Shown: positions 36,905 to 47,892 of the stretch, piece by piece
Layout: each line of letters opens with the position of its first letter
Position numbering within the stretch: position 1 is the first letter of the stretch
Assembly (NCBI GenBank): GCA_042408535.1
Contig: JBHORA010000076.1
Location: 624 to 64,623 of the forward strand
Length of the DNA: 64,000 nt
Reading direction: 5' to 3'
Source: Chloroflexota bacterium
Lineage (GTDB): Bacteria > Chloroflexota > Limnocylindria > Limnocylindrales > CSP1-4
Program-made: the position numbers and the translations under genes
The notes under the pieces: model-generated
Databases searched by the model: none
What the model was told of the DNA's origin: nothing
The model's input: the letters and a program-made list of their open reading frames with translations, nothing else

Positions 36905-38593
36905 ATGAAACCCTCTGACTCCCCGGCCTCCCCGCGACCCGATCCGGGTCGCGAGCGGTGGCGGGCGACGACCCGGGCGAAGGCCCTCGCTTCAACCCCC
37001 GAACGACGCCCCCGCTTCGAGACCTCGTCGGGGATCGAGATCGCCGACCTCTACACGCCGGCCGACATCGCCGACCTCGACGAGGAGCGGGACCTCGGCC
37101 GGCCCGGTGAGTTCCCCTTCACCCGGGGGGTCCAGGCGACGATGTACCGGGGCCGCCTCTGGACGATGCGCCAGTACGCCGGCTTCGCCACGGCCGAGGA
37201 GACGAACCGGCGCTTCCGCTACCTCCTCGAGCACGGTCAGACGGGCCTCTCGGTCGCCTTCGACCTGCCGACCCAGATGGGCTACGACTCGGACGCTCCC
37301 CAGGCGGAGGGCGAAGTCGGCCGGGTCGGGGTGCCCATCGATTCCCTCGCCGACATGGAGGTCCTCTTCGACGGCATCCCCCTCGGCGAGGTGAGCACGT
37401 CGATGACGATCAACGCGACGGCGCCGATCCTCCTCGCCCTCTACGTCGCCGTCGCCGAACGCCAGGGGGTGGCCCGCGACCGGATCGCCGGGACCGACCA
37501 GAACGACATCCTCAAGGAGTACATCGCCCGGGGGACGTACATCTACCCGCCCCGGCCGTCGATGCGCCTCGTCACCGACGTCTTCGAGTTCTGCGCCCGG
37601 GAGCTCCCCCGCTTCAACACGATCAGCATCAGCGGCTACCACATGCGAGAGGCCGGGGCGACCGCGGCCCAGGAGCTCGCCTTCACCCTCGCCAACGGGA
37701 TCGCCTACGTCGAAGCGGCTCTCGCACGGGGCCTCGACGTCGACGAGTTCGCCGGTCGCCTCTCCTTCTTCTTCGCCGCCTGGAGCGAGCTCCTCGAAGA
37801 GGTCGCCAAGTTCCGGGCCGCGCGTCGGATGTGGGCCCGGATCATGCGCGACCGTTTTGGTGCATCGAACATCCGTTCGATGATGTGTCGCTTCCACGTC
37901 CAGACGGCCGGCTCGTCCCTCACTGCCCAGTCGATCGACAACAACGTCGTCCGGACGACCATCCAAGCCCTCGCCGCCGTCCTCGGCGGCGCCCAGAGCC
38001 TTCACACGAACGCCCGCGATGAAGCCCTCGCCCTGCCGACCGAGGCCTCGGCCCGGCTCGCCCTCCGGACCCAGCAGATCATCGCCTACGAGACCGGTGT
38101 CGCCGACACCCCCGACCCCCTCGCCGGCTCCTACTACGTCGAGTCGCTCACGAACGCTCTCGAGCGGGCGGCCCTCGCCTACCTGGCGGAGATCGAGGGC
38201 CTCGGCGGCACCCTCGCTGCCATCGAGGCTGGCTTCCAGCAGCGCGAGATCGCCGAGGCCGCCTACCGCGTCCAGCGCGAGATCGAGCGCGGGGACCGGA
38301 TCGTCGTCGGTGTCAACCGGTTCCGGGACCCCGACAGCGAGGCCCCGCCGCCGATCCAGCGGATCGATCCCGAGGCCGAGCGCCGCCAGGTCGAGCGCGT
38401 CCGGCGGGTCCGCGCCGAGCGCGACCCAGGCGCTTGGGCTCGCGCCCTCGATCGTCTCGAGGACTGTGCCCGGGGCGGTGAGAACCTCCTGCCGGCCATC
38501 CTCGAGGCCGTTCGGGCCTACGCCACCGTCGGCGAGATCAGCGATCGCCTTCGGCGGGTCTGGGGCGAGCACCGCGAGCTCGTCGCGCTCTGA
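36905..38593 (+). CDS. Methylmalonyl-CoA mutase, catalytic (substrate-binding barrel) chain without B12-binding domain
   Basis: [64 protein letters not shown]. About 562 aa, ending before the cobalamin-binding module. TTG 36896 is an alternative start. Confidence 0.9.
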   Translation: MKPSDSPASPRPDPGRERWRATTRAKALASTPERRPRFETSSGIEIADLYTPADIADLDEERDLGRPGEFPFTRGVQATMYRGRLWTMRQYAGFATAEETNRRFRYLLEHGQTGLSVAFDLPTQMGYDSDAPQAEGEVGRVGVPIDSLADMEVLFDGIPLGEVSTSMTINATAPILLALYVAVAERQGVARDRIAGTDQNDILKEYIARGTYIYPPRPSMRLVTDVFEFCARELPRFNTISISGYHMREAGATAAQELAFTLANGIAYVEAALARGLDVDEFAGRLSFFFAAWSELLEEVAKFRAARRMWARIMRDRFGASNIRSMMCRFHVQTAGSSLTAQSIDNNVVRTTIQALAAVLGGAQSLHTNARDEALALPTEASARLALRTQQIIAYETGVADTPDPLAGSYYVESLTNALERAALAYLAEIEGLGGTLAAIEAGFQQREIAEAAYRVQREIERGDRIVVGVNRFRDPDSEAPPPIQRIDPEAERRQVERVRRVRAERDPGAWARALDRLEDCARGGENLLPAILEAVRAYATVGEISDRLRRVWGEHRELVAL

Positions 38594-38673
38594 CCGGGGC
38601 GACCGATGGCAAGGATGGCGGAGATCGCGTGGCCCCGCGAGGGAACGAACGAAAACGACCGAGGAGGAAGCCG

Positions 38674-39150
38674 ATGCCCGAGCTCCCGATGGTTCCCGAC
38701 ACCGTCCGGCGGGTCGGCCGGATCCACCATGTCGCCGTCGTCGTTCGGAACCTGGAGGCCGCTCTGCCCCTTTGGCGCGACGTCCTCGGTCTACCACTGG
38801 AGAGCGTCGCCGAGATTCCGTCCGACCGGGTTCGGATCGCCTTCCTCCCCGTCGGCGAGGCGAGGATCGAGCTCGTCGAGCCAACCGACGCGACGACCGG
38901 CGTCGCCCGCTACCTGGCCAAGCACGGCGAGGGGGTCCACCACGTCTGCTTCGAGGTGCCGAATGTCGCCGAGGCCCTGACGAGGCTTGCCATCGAGGGG
39001 ATCGAGCTCATCGACACCGCCCCCCGCCGGGGCGCCGAGGGACCTGTTGCCTTCCTCCATCCTCGTTCCTGCCACGGCGTCCTCGTCGAGCTCATCGAGG
39101 CGCCGGGCGGCCCGGCTTGGGCGGCCCTCGGCTACGATCGGCGCGGCTGA
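38674..39150 (+). CDS. Methylmalonyl-CoA epimerase (VOC/glyoxalase fold)
   Basis: ATG 38674 preceded by GAGGAGGA. IHHVAVVVRNLEAALPLWRDVLGL...GEGVHHVCFEV...HPRSCHGVLVELIE. Confidence 0.85.
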   Translation: MPELPMVPDTVRRVGRIHHVAVVVRNLEAALPLWRDVLGLPLESVAEIPSDRVRIAFLPVGEARIELVEPTDATTGVARYLAKHGEGVHHVCFEVPNVAEALTRLAIEGIELIDTAPRRGAEGPVAFLHPRSCHGVLVELIEAPGGPAWAALGYDRRG

Positions 39151-39296
39151 GCGCGGCGCTCGCTGCGGCCGCCGTCGACCTTGGCGCCATCGCGGTCGTC
39201 AGCATCGACATCGACAACGTCGGCGGCTCGACGCTCATGCTCACGGCCTCGAGAACCGCAGTCCGGCTCCTGGGCCCGCCTCGCCGATCAGCGAGG

Positions 39297-40115
39297 TCAG
39301 AGGATCTTCGAGAGGAACCCCCTCGTTCGCTCGTGTTGCGGGTTGCGGAAGAGCTCCTCTGGCGGCCCCTCCTCGATGATCCGCCCCTCGTCCATCATGA
39401 CCACCCGATTGGCTACCTCACGGGCGAACCCCATCTCATGGGTGACGACGATCATCGTCATCCCTTCCCGGGCCAGCTCCTTCATGACTTCGAGGACCTC
39501 GCCGATCATCTCCGGGTCGAGGGCCGAGGTGGGCTCGTCGAAGAGCATGAGGGCCGGCTTCATGGCCAGTGCTCGGCAGATGGCGACCCGTTGCTGCTGA
39601 CCGCCCGAGAGCTCGATCGGGTACGCGGTGGCCTTGTGCTCGAGACCGACCCGGGCCAGGAGCGCCCGGGCTGTCGCCTCGGCCTCCGCTCGCGGTACCC
39701 CGCGGACCCGGACCGGAGCTTCGATGATGTTCTCGAGGGCCGTGAGGTGGGGGAACAGGTTGAAGCGCTGGAAGACCATTCCGATCTCCTGGCGCTGTCG
39801 GGCGATGTTCCGCTCCTTGTCCTCGACGAGCTGGCCGTTCAGCTCTCGGTAGCCGATCAGGTGGCCGTTCACGAAGATCCGCCCTCGCTGGATCTTCTCC
39901 AGGTGGTTCAGGCAGCGGATGAACGTTGTCTTCCCCGATCCCGACGGACCGATGATGACCACGACCTCTTGGCGGCGAACGGTCAGCGACACGCCGCGCA
40001 GGACGTGGAGGCGGCCGAACCACTTGTGGACGTCCCTCGCCTCGACCACGACGTCGGCGGCCGGGCGGGGGACCCCGCCGATGGCGTCGAGGAGGTCGTG
40101 GCCGACGCCGGGCAT
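39297..40115 (-). CDS. Polar amino-acid ABC transporter ATP-binding protein
   Basis: Walker [10 protein letters not shown], signature LSGGQQQRV, Walker [13 protein letters not shown]. GlnQ/HisP-like. Confidence 0.92.
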   Translation of the reverse strand: MPGVGHDLLDAIGGVPRPAADVVVEARDVHKWFGRLHVLRGVSLTVRRQEVVVIIGPSGSGKTTFIRCLNHLEKIQRGRIFVNGHLIGYRELNGQLVEDKERNIARQRQEIGMVFQRFNLFPHLTALENIIEAPVRVRGVPRAEAEATARALLARVGLEHKATAYPIELSGGQQQRVAICRALAMKPALMLFDEPTSALDPEMIGEVLEVMKELAREGMTMIVVTHEMGFAREVANRVVMMDEGRIIEEGPPEELFRNPQHERTRGFLSKIL

Positions 40116-40996
40116 CAGCGTCCTCCACTCACGAGGCTCGGCTCGACCTCGGCTCGGCCGAAGAGGCGCTCGCGCCAGCCTGGTCCGGCGGTCGTCGCCG
40201 TGCCGCGTCCGAGCCGTCGCTCGATCCAGCCCTGGACGAAGCCCCAGATGGTCGTTAGCAGAAGGAACCAGACGGCCGCCGCGAGGAAGAACTCGAAGGG
40301 AGCGAAGAACTGGCCCTGCTTCCGGTTGAAGATCGTGTAGAGCTCGGGAACGCTGATGAGGACGAGAAGGGAGGTCGTCTTCAGCATGTTGTTGAACTCA
40401 TTGCCAAGGGGCGGGACGATGACCCGGGCGGCCTGGGGGAGAATAATCCGGCGCATGGCGAGCCCGTACGTCATCCCCAGGCTCTTGGCCGCCTCCATCT
40501 GTCCCGGGTCGATGGAGAGGATCCCGGCGCGGACGATCTCCGCCATGTAGGCGCCTTCGTTGACCCCGAGGGCGAAAATCCCGGCCTGGATCTCGCCCGG
40601 AAGCGTGACGAGGCCGAAGAGGTCGATGTCCGGCCAGGTGTAGATCTTGGCCACGCTGAGGCCGAAGAAGAAGAAGACGATCTGGACGACAAGAGGGGTG
40701 CCACGGAAGAGCCAGATGTAGAGGTTCGCCGCGACCCGGAAGGGGACGATGCGGGACAGCTTGCCGAGGGCAGCCAGGACGCCCAGGACGACCCCAATGA
40801 TCTGGCTGACGACGGCGATGGAGACGGTGAGCCAGAGGCCGCCGACGATTTGGGCGTCGGGGTGGAAGAGGGAGTCGAAGAAGTAGGACCAGTGGTACTG
40901 GTACGTGCTCGCACAGCCGGCGACGACGACCGGCAGGAGCAGGACGCTGAGCAGGGTCCCGGCCGAGCGGATCGGCCGGGACCGTGCCTCGAACAT
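40115..40996 (-). CDS. Polar amino-acid ABC transporter permease
   Basis: His/Glu/Gln/Arg/opine-family permease pattern ([22 protein letters not shown]). Abuts the ATPase gene. Confidence 0.88.
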   Translation of the reverse strand: MFEARSRPIRSAGTLLSVLLLPVVVAGCASTYQYHWSYFFDSLFHPDAQIVGGLWLTVSIAVVSQIIGVVLGVLAALGKLSRIVPFRVAANLYIWLFRGTPLVVQIVFFFFGLSVAKIYTWPDIDLFGLVTLPGEIQAGIFALGVNEGAYMAEIVRAGILSIDPGQMEAAKSLGMTYGLAMRRIILPQAARVIVPPLGNEFNNMLKTTSLLVLISVPELYTIFNRKQGQFFAPFEFFLAAAVWFLLLTTIWGFVQGWIERRLGRGTATTAGPGWRERLFGRAEVEPSLVSGGR

Positions 40997-41018
40997 CGCC
41001 TCGGGCGATCCGGTCGGG

Positions 41019-41996
41019 TCAGGAGCGAACGGTCACCTGATCGGCCGTGATCGCACCGCTCTCGATCCCGTACTTTTTGAGGATCTGAAGGTACGTTCCG
41101 TCCTCGATCATCGAGACGAGTGCCGCCTTCACGGCGTCCTGGAGGGCTGTCTTCGTTTTGACGACGCTGATCCCCTCCAGCGCCGGCTCGAGGGGCGGGA
41201 TCGGCGAGAGCTCAAACTGGTCGGGGTGCTGGACGGTGTAATAGCCGGCCACCGGCGAGTCGGCGAAGTAGGCGTCCACCTGCCCGCTCTGGAGGGCGAG
41301 GAGCGCGTCGCTGTCTTTCTGGAACTCCTTGACGTTGATCCCGGCCTTGCCCTTATCCGTGCAGGCCTTCGAGAGACCGTCGCCCTTGTAGTCGCCGGTC
41401 CCGTTCAGGTAATCGACCTCGGTAGTCCCCGTCTCCGCCGCGATCGACTTGCCGCACAGATCGTCGGTCGTCTTGATCCCGGACGGGTTCCCCTTGGCGA
41501 CGACGAAGGATTGCCCGGCCTGGTAGTAGGGGATCATGTTGACCTGCTTGAGGCGATCGGCGGTGATGTTCTGCTCGGAGACGATGATGTCGCACTTGCC
41601 GGCGACGAGGGCCGGGATGATCGTGTCGAAGACGGAGTTCTCGACTTGGAGAGTCAGACCGAGGCGGGTGGCGAGCTCCTGGGCGAGCTCGACGTCGGCG
41701 CCCGTCGGATTGCCCTGCTCGTCGAAGAAGACCTGAGGCGGGTAGGGGATGTCGGAGCAGACGACGAGCTTGCCGGGGAAGATGAGCTGGTCGGTCGGGA
41801 CGGTGGCGACGAGACTGGGTGCCGGGGACGGCGATGGGGCCGTGCTCGGCGGCGCCGACGGTGACGCGGCGGTGGATGGCGAGGCGGCTGCCGACGGCGG
41901 CGCGGTTGGGGTCGGGCTCGCCCCGCTGCTGCAGGCCGCTGCGACGAGGGCCGTCCCCGCGACGAGGATCGACCAGCGGAACAGGGCACGATTCAT
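41019..41996 (-). CDS. Amino-acid ABC transporter substrate-binding lipoprotein
   Basis: ATG 41996 preceded by GGAGGAGG. Lipobox LVAAAC, Pro/Ser-rich linker, type-3 SBP body. The upstream part of track ORF 41019..42299 is rejected. Confidence 0.88.
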   Translation of the reverse strand: MNRALFRWSILVAGTALVAAACSSGASPTPTAPPSAAASPSTAASPSAPPSTAPSPSPAPSLVATVPTDQLIFPGKLVVCSDIPYPPQVFFDEQGNPTGADVELAQELATRLGLTLQVENSVFDTIIPALVAGKCDIIVSEQNITADRLKQVNMIPYYQAGQSFVVAKGNPSGIKTTDDLCGKSIAAETGTTEVDYLNGTGDYKGDGLSKACTDKGKAGINVKEFQKDSDALLALQSGQVDAYFADSPVAGYYTVQHPDQFELSPIPPLEPALEGISVVKTKTALQDAVKAALVSMIEDGTYLQILKKYGIESGAITADQVTVRS

Positions 41997-42127
41997 CTGC
42001 ACCTCCTCCGGTACTTCGATCGTTGAGGCCGTCGCCTTGGGCGCGGCATCTCGTGTGGCGGGCAGCATACGCCACGAGCGGAACGGCCGTGGCGCCGCGC
42101 GGGTGGCACCGCCGAGGGCCGGCTGTC

Positions 42128-42448
42128 TCAGCCTCCGCCGGAGGCGGGCAAAAGATCCCCGAGCGGGAGCCCCGCGACACAGAGGACGGCGGTGGCTGCG
42201 TTGGCTCGGCGAGCGAAACGGACGATGGCGGCGAGGAGCTCGGCGGCAAGGGCCACGTCGAGCCTTGTCGGTGTGAGGCCCCTCGTTCCGGAGAGCCACG
42301 CCGTCGCGATCGGCTCGAGGTCACCCTCGTCGAGGCCGGCGAACGCTTCCAGCCAGGTCCGATCGACGAGATGAACCTCCTCCTCGAGGGCGTGAGCGAC
42401 CCGGTCGGGGAGAGGATGGAGGGCCGCCCGAAAGCTCGGCGGGCCCAT
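42128..42448 (-). CDS. Hypothetical protein; real 5' end uncertain (coding-like frame continues upstream to 42724 without a canonical start)
   Basis: 106-aa ORF from ATG 42448. The same frame stays open with high GC3 back to the sucD stop codon at 42725-42727. Confidence 0.5.
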   Translation of the reverse strand: MGPPSFRAALHPLPDRVAHALEEEVHLVDRTWLEAFAGLDEGDLEPIATAWLSGTRGLTPTRLDVALAAELLAAIVRFARRANAATAVLCVAGLPLGDLLPASGGG

Positions 42449-42724
42449 GCCGCGGTGCTCACCGACAACCCGCGTCAGGGCGTCGAGCCAGCCGGGATCG
42501 AGGGCGCCGAGGGGGAGGTGGGCGACGACGCGATCGGGGTCGTCGAGGCCGGCCCGGTCGCCGACGGCGACGGCGAGGAGAATCTCGCGAATCTCGCCGG
42601 CGACGAGGTCGAGGTTCGACCCGCCAGCCTCGTCGCCCGTCGCCTCGAGCGAGTCGGTGGACCGGCCTCGGGCTCCGGCACGGCTCCTGCGATGGCTCGT
42701 CCCTCGGCCGTTGGCGCCGGGCCG

Positions 42725-43609
42725 CTAGTCCCGAACGCCCGCTGCCAGGAGAAGGGCCGGGATCTCGCTCGGCGAGCCAGCGACGAGGAAGCCGGCCGCC
42801 TCGAGGGCGGCGATCTTCGAGGCTGCGGTCCCCCGGCCACCGGAGATGATCGCCCCGGCATGCCCCATCCGGCGACCCTCGGGCGCCGTCCGACCGGCGA
42901 CGAAAGCGACCTTCGGTCGGTCGGCGAGGTGGTCGGCTGCCCAGGCCGCTGCTTCCTCCTCGGCGGAACCGCCGATCTCGCCGATGAGGACGATGGCCTC
43001 GGTCTCCGGATCGGCGGCGAAAAGGCGGAGGATGTCGACGAAGGTCGAGCCGACGATCGGGTCGCCACCGATGCCGACACAGGTGCTCTGGCCGATCCCG
43101 GCGTCGGTCATGGCTTGGACGGCCTCGTAGGTGAGGGTCCCCGAGCGGGAGACGACGCCGACCCGGCCGGGGCGGTGGATGGCGCCCGGGATGATGCCGA
43201 CCTTCGCCTGGCCGGGCGAGGTGGCCCCCGGGCAGTTGGGGCCGATGAGGCGGGCGCCGGCGGCCTCGACGGCGGCGACGACAGGGATCATGTCGAGGGC
43301 TGGGATGCCTTCGGTGATGCAGAACACCGTCCCGATCCCGGCAGCGACCGCCTCGAGGATGGCATCCGGCGCCGCCGGGGCAGGGACGAAGATGCAGGAC
43401 GTGTTGGCGCCCGTCGCCTCGACGGCCTCGGCGACGCTATCGAAGACGGGGACCCGGCCATCGACGGCCCGCTGGCCGCCCTTGCCGGGCGTGACGCCGG
43501 CGACGAGGGGGGTCCCGTAGTCGAGCATCGCCCGAGCGTGGAACTCGCCCTCGCGGCCGGTGATGCCCTGGACGACGAGGCGGGTCGAGCGCCCGACGAG
43601 GATGCTCAT
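42725..43609 (-). CDS. sucD: Succinyl-CoA ligase alpha subunit
   Basis: [24 protein letters not shown]..., phosphohistidine loop [14 protein letters not shown] overlap with sucC. Confidence 0.95.
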   Translation of the reverse strand: MSILVGRSTRLVVQGITGREGEFHARAMLDYGTPLVAGVTPGKGGQRAVDGRVPVFDSVAEAVEATGANTSCIFVPAPAAPDAILEAVAAGIGTVFCITEGIPALDMIPVVAAVEAAGARLIGPNCPGATSPGQAKVGIIPGAIHRPGRVGVVSRSGTLTYEAVQAMTDAGIGQSTCVGIGGDPIVGSTFVDILRLFAADPETEAIVLIGEIGGSAEEEAAAWAADHLADRPKVAFVAGRTAPEGRRMGHAGAIISGGRGTAASKIAALEAAGFLVAGSPSEIPALLLAAGVRD

Positions 43610-44832
43610 CGGCTCGTCTCCGAAGGCTCGCCCGTCGCCAGCGGTGCCCCCGGCGCGGCGGCGGCAACGGCTTTGGCGGCGGCAACGGCTTTGGCGGCCG
43701 CCTCGTCGAGGCTCGTCGCCGTCTCGATCTCCGCCGCTTCCAGGATCCGCCGGGCTTCGTCGGCGTTCGTGCCGACGATCCGGACGACCATCGGGACGCT
43801 GCGCGCCTGGGCAGCCCGGGCCTCGAGGAGTCCACGAGCGACCTCGTCGCCGCGGGTGATGCCGCCGAAGATGTTGACGAGGATCGCCCGGACGTTCGGG
43901 TCGGCGAGGATGAGCCGCATCGCCGCTGCGACCCGGTCGGCCCGCGCTCCACCGCCGATGTCGAGGAAGTTCGCCGGCTCGCCGCCGGCTCGTTTCACGA
44001 GGTCCATCGTCGTCATCGCCAAGCCGGCCCCGTTCACCATGCAGCCGATCGTCCCGTCGAGGCGGATGTAGCTGATGTCGTGCCGTCGGGCCTCCAGATC
44101 GACCGGATCCTCCTCGTCGAGGTCGCGCATCGCCTCGAGCTCGGGGTGACGAGGGAGAGCCGAGTCGTCGAGGGTGACCTTCGCGTCGAGACAGACGAGG
44201 CGCTCGGTCGGCGCGCCGTCGGAGCCGGTCTCGCGAACGAGGGCGAGGGGGTTCACCTCGACGAGGTCGGCATCGTTCGCCCGCATCGTGACGACGAGCC
44301 CCTTGGCGATGGCCGTGGCCTCTCGGAGATGGGCGCCGAGGCCGAGGGCGAAGGCGATCCGGCGAGCCTGCCAGTCGAGGAGCCCGAGGTACGGGTCGGC
44401 GTGGATGCGGACGATGGCAGCTGGGTTCCGGGCAGCGACCTCCTCGATCTCGATGCCGCCCTCGGCCGAGCCCATGACGAGAATCCGGCGGGCCGACCGA
44501 TCGACGAGGGCGGCCAGGTAGTACTCGGCGACGATGTCCGCCGCCGGCGAGACGAGGACCTTCCGGACGGGGATCCCTTTGATCGTCAGGCCGAAGATGG
44601 TCCGGGCGACCGCTTCTGCCTCGTCGGGGTTCGCCGCCAGCCGAACGCCGCCGGCCTTGCCCCGCCCGCCGACGAGGACCTGGGCCTTGACGACGACCCG
44701 CTCGGCGCCCGAGGCAAAGAAGCGCTCGGCGACGATCCGGGCCGCCGCCGGATCCCTGGCGACCTGCCAGGGTGGGACCGGCAACCCCTGGGCGGCAAGG
44801 AGCGACTTGGCATCGGCTTCTTGGATCTTCAC
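43606..44832 (-). CDS. sucC: Succinyl-CoA ligase beta subunit
   Basis: GTG 44832 preceded by [26 protein letters not shown]..., ATP-grasp, [14 protein letters not shown]-terminal [14 protein letters not shown] tail from an 18-bp duplication. Confidence 0.93.
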   Translation of the reverse strand: MKIQEADAKSLLAAQGLPVPPWQVARDPAAARIVAERFFASGAERVVVKAQVLVGGRGKAGGVRLAANPDEAEAVARTIFGLTIKGIPVRKVLVSPAADIVAEYYLAALVDRSARRILVMGSAEGGIEIEEVAARNPAAIVRIHADPYLGLLDWQARRIAFALGLGAHLREATAIAKGLVVTMRANDADLVEVNPLALVRETGSDGAPTERLVCLDAKVTLDDSALPRHPELEAMRDLDEEDPVDLEARRHDISYIRLDGTIGCMVNGAGLAMTTMDLVKRAGGEPANFLDIGGGARADRVAAAMRLILADPNVRAILVNIFGGITRGDEVARGLLEARAAQARSVPMVVRIVGTNADEARRILEAAEIETATSLDEAAAKAVAAAKAVAAAAPGAPLATGEPSETSR

Positions 44833-45340
44833 GAAGGTCGAACCTCCCGTTCCTGGCGGCCCTCCGGGAGGGCTGGGGCGATCGGGTGCATCTCGTCGAG
44901 GCCGGCCCGACGACGGGACCGCAGCGGGCTGACGAGACGAGCGTCGGGCGTCGGGTCGGCCAGAGCGATGGCTCCGTCCCTCGATGGTACCGGAGCCGAG
45001 GCGACGCCGGCGACCCCTCCCGCCTCGGGGCGGTCCGGTCCCGGGGTCGGTCTCGGAGAGGCTCGTCCGCCGGGCCCCCGAGCTCCCTGGCGAGGGCATA
45101 GAATGCGGACTGTCCCACTCGCCCCGTCGCCGCTGCGGGTCGCCGGGCCACCGGCCGTGCCCCTCGGCGGTTGGGCGAGGATCCGGGTCAACCAGGCCCG
45201 GCGGTGAGGCCGTCGGCCGCCTGCCCGGACGTCGTTCGAACGAGGCCGGAGGCCGGGCCCCGACGCGCCGACCACCCGGTCCGCCAGATAGGCTCCGCCG
45301 CCCGACACCTCGGGCCGATACAAGCGGGCAAGGAGGGTCG

Positions 45341-45703
45341 ATGCTGTTCCGGTATCGGGGGAGCGAAGGGATGCTCGCCTGGGCGTTCCACCGGATCTCC
45401 GGGGTCGCCATCTGGCTCTTCGTCGTCCTCCACGTCGTCGACATCTACCTCGTCGGCGGCGACCCAAAGGCGTACGACGAGCTCCTCGCCATCTACGCCA
45501 GCCCAGCCGGTCGGGTCGGTGAGGTCCTCCTCGGCGGCGCCCTCCTCTACCACGCCCTCAACGGGCTCCGGATCATTCTCATGGACTTCTGGCCGGCCCT
45601 GACCCGCTACCACCGTCAGCTCTGGTACGCGTCCTGGATCGTCTTCGCCGCCGTCGGTCTGCCGGGGGCGTACATCATCCTCCGGCCGATCTTCGGTCAG
45701 TGA
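45341..45703 (+). CDS. sdhC: Succinate dehydrogenase cytochrome b subunit
   Basis: ATG 45341 preceded by AAGGAGGG. 120-aa three-TM protein with conserved His residues (HRISGV, LHVVD). First gene upstream of sdhDAB. Confidence 0.85.
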   Translation: MLFRYRGSEGMLAWAFHRISGVAIWLFVVLHVVDIYLVGGDPKAYDELLAIYASPAGRVGEVLLGGALLYHALNGLRIILMDFWPALTRYHRQLWYASWIVFAAVGLPGAYIILRPIFGQ

Positions 45704-45713
45704 GGTCGCGACG

Positions 45714-46106
45714 ATGACGCTTTGGACCCGATCCGGCCGGCCCCGCCCCCAGAGCGGCGGCTTCGAGCTCGCCGTCTGGTACCTCATGCGCCTCTCGGGG
45801 CTCGCCCTCTTCGTCCTCGCCCTCGCCCACTTTGCCATCCTCCACTTCATCTTCGATCCCGCCGAGCAGACGAGCGAGTTCATCATCAACGAGCGCTGGA
45901 GCAGCCTCTTCTGGCGGGCCTTCGACTGGCTTCTCCTCCAGATGGTCCTCTTCCACAGTTTCATGGGTGTCCGGACGGTCGTCCTCGATTACGCCCAACG
46001 CGGCTTGCGGACCGTGCTCGTGACCGGGCTCTACCTGCTCGCGGCGATCCTCTTCGTCCTCGGCACGATCGTCGTCATGACCCTCCCCCTGCCGGGCACG
46101 CGCTGA
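45714..46106 (+). CDS. sdhD: Succinate dehydrogenase hydrophobic membrane anchor subunit
   Basis: 130-aa three-TM protein lying between sdhC and sdhA. Confidence 0.8.
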   Translation: MTLWTRSGRPRPQSGGFELAVWYLMRLSGLALFVLALAHFAILHFIFDPAEQTSEFIINERWSSLFWRAFDWLLLQMVLFHSFMGVRTVVLDYAQRGLRTVLVTGLYLLAAILFVLGTIVVMTLPLPGTR

Positions 46107-46116
46107 GGAGGCGACG

Positions 46117-47871
46117 GTGGAGATCCAGCACGATGCCCTCATCGTCGGCGCCGGCGGGGCCGGCCTCTGGGCGGCCCTCGAGCTCGCCCGGGCCGGGATC
46201 GATGCGGCCGTCCTGACGAAGCTCTATCCGACCCGCTCCCACACCGGGGCTGCCCAGGGTGGTGTCTGTGCCGCCCTCGGCAATCTCGAAGAGGACCACT
46301 GGGAGTGGCACATGTTCGACACCGTAAAGGGCGGCGACTACCTCGTCGACCAGGATGCGGCCGAGGTCCTCGCCCGAGAGGCGATCGAGACCGTCATCGA
46401 GCTCGAGCACATGGGCCTGCCCTTCAATCGGACCCCCGACGGCCGGATCGACCAGCGGCGCTTCGGCGGTCACACCCGGAACTTCGGCGAGGCGCCCGTC
46501 CGACGCTCCTGTTACGCCGCCGACCGGACCGGTCACATGATCCTCCAGACGCTCTACCAGCAGTGCATCAAGCACGGGGTCCGCTTCTACGACGAGTACC
46601 ATGTCGTCGATCTCCTCTTCGAGGGCGGCGACGGAGGCGACGGAGGACGGGCGGCTGGCGTCGTCGCCTATCGGATCGCCGATGGCGAGCTCCACACCTT
46701 CCGCTCGAAGGCGGTCATGCTCGCTACCGGCGGCTTCGGCCGGATGTACCGAGTGACCTCGAATGCCTGGTCGTTGACCGGCGACGGCGTCGCTCTCGTC
46801 TACCGGCACGGGATCCCGATCGAGGACATGGAGTTCTACCAGTTCCATCCGACCGGGATCTACAAGCTCGGCATCCTCCTCTCGGAAGCGGCCCGCGGCG
46901 AGGGTGGGATCCTCTTGAACGACGCCGGCGAGCGCTTCATGGAGCGGTACGCCCCGACGCTCAAAGACCTCGCGCCCCGCGACCTCGTCAGCCGGGCCAT
47001 CTACCAGGAGATTCGGGCCGGGCGCGGGATCGGCGGGCGCGACTACGTCTACCTCGACGTCCGTCACCTCGGCCGGGCAGTCATCGAGGAGAAGCTGCCT
47101 GACATCACCGAGTTCGCCCGCATCTACCTCGGGGTCGAGCCGCTCAGCGAACCGGTTCCGATCCAGCCGACGGCTCACTACGCCATGGGCGGGATCCCGA
47201 CCGACCTCGACGCCCGTGTCGTTCGTGACGACCGGGGGACGATCGTCCCCGGTCTCTACGCCGCTGGCGAGTGCGCCTGCGTCTCGGTCCACGGGGCGAA
47301 CCGGCTGGGGACGAATTCCCTTGTCGACCTCCTCGTCTTCGGTCGGCGGGCTGGCCGGCGGATGGCCCGCGACGTCCGTGGCTTCGATCTCCCCGACCTC
47401 CCCGGCGATGCGGCCGAGCCGGTTCGGGCCGAGCTCGCCGCCCTCCGCGACGGCCCACCGTCGGGGGCTGCCGAGTCGGCCCCGAGGCTCCGCCGGGAGC
47501 TCGCCGACGTCATGATGGACAACGTCGGCGTCTTCCGAGACGAAACGCTCCTGAGGGCGGCGGTGGCGAAGATCCGGGAGATCCGGGAGCGCTACCGCTG
47601 CGTTCGGGTGAGCGATCGCTCGAAGGTCTTCAACACCGAGCTCCTCGAGGCCCGCGAGCTCGGCTACCTCCTCGATTGCGCCCAAACGACGGCCGTCGCC
47701 GCCCTGACCCGAACCGAGAGTCGGGGCGCCCACTTCCGCGAGGACTACCCGGAGCGCGACGACGCCCGCTGGCTCGTCCATAGCCTCGCCTATCGGGGAC
47801 CCGGGGGGCCGATCATGCGGACGAAGCCGGTGACGATCACCCGCTTCGAGCCGAAGCCGCGGACGTACTAG
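46117..47871 (+). CDS. sdhA: Succinate dehydrogenase flavoprotein subunit
   Basis: GTG 46117 preceded by GAGGAGG. DALIVGAGGAGLWAA, RSHTGAAQGG (FAD-histidyl site), HPTG, HGANRLGTNSL. Confidence 0.96.
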   Translation: MEIQHDALIVGAGGAGLWAALELARAGIDAAVLTKLYPTRSHTGAAQGGVCAALGNLEEDHWEWHMFDTVKGGDYLVDQDAAEVLAREAIETVIELEHMGLPFNRTPDGRIDQRRFGGHTRNFGEAPVRRSCYAADRTGHMILQTLYQQCIKHGVRFYDEYHVVDLLFEGGDGGDGGRAAGVVAYRIADGELHTFRSKAVMLATGGFGRMYRVTSNAWSLTGDGVALVYRHGIPIEDMEFYQFHPTGIYKLGILLSEAARGEGGILLNDAGERFMERYAPTLKDLAPRDLVSRAIYQEIRAGRGIGGRDYVYLDVRHLGRAVIEEKLPDITEFARIYLGVEPLSEPVPIQPTAHYAMGGIPTDLDARVVRDDRGTIVPGLYAAGECACVSVHGANRLGTNSLVDLLVFGRRAGRRMARDVRGFDLPDLPGDAAEPVRAELAALRDGPPSGAAESAPRLRRELADVMMDNVGVFRDETLLRAAVAKIREIRERYRCVRVSDRSKVFNTELLEARELGYLLDCAQTTAVAALTRTESRGAHFREDYPERDDARWLVHSLAYRGPGGPIMRTKPVTITRFEPKPRTY

Positions 47872-47892
47872 CCCCGAGGGAGCGAACGAGCG

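Noticed and set aside
39151-39296. Small hairpin CCTCGC-cgatca-GCGAGG (about 39275-39292) as a terminator between the epimerase and the ABC ATPase gene
   Set aside because: The stem is only 6 bp with no T-run, which is too weak to call.
45099-45104. TAGAAT hexamer ~240 nt upstream of sdhC as a promoter for a long leader or sRNA
   Set aside because: There is no convincing -35 at 16-18 nt. About three TAGAAT hexamers are expected by chance in a window of this size and composition, and no conserved structure is evident downstream.
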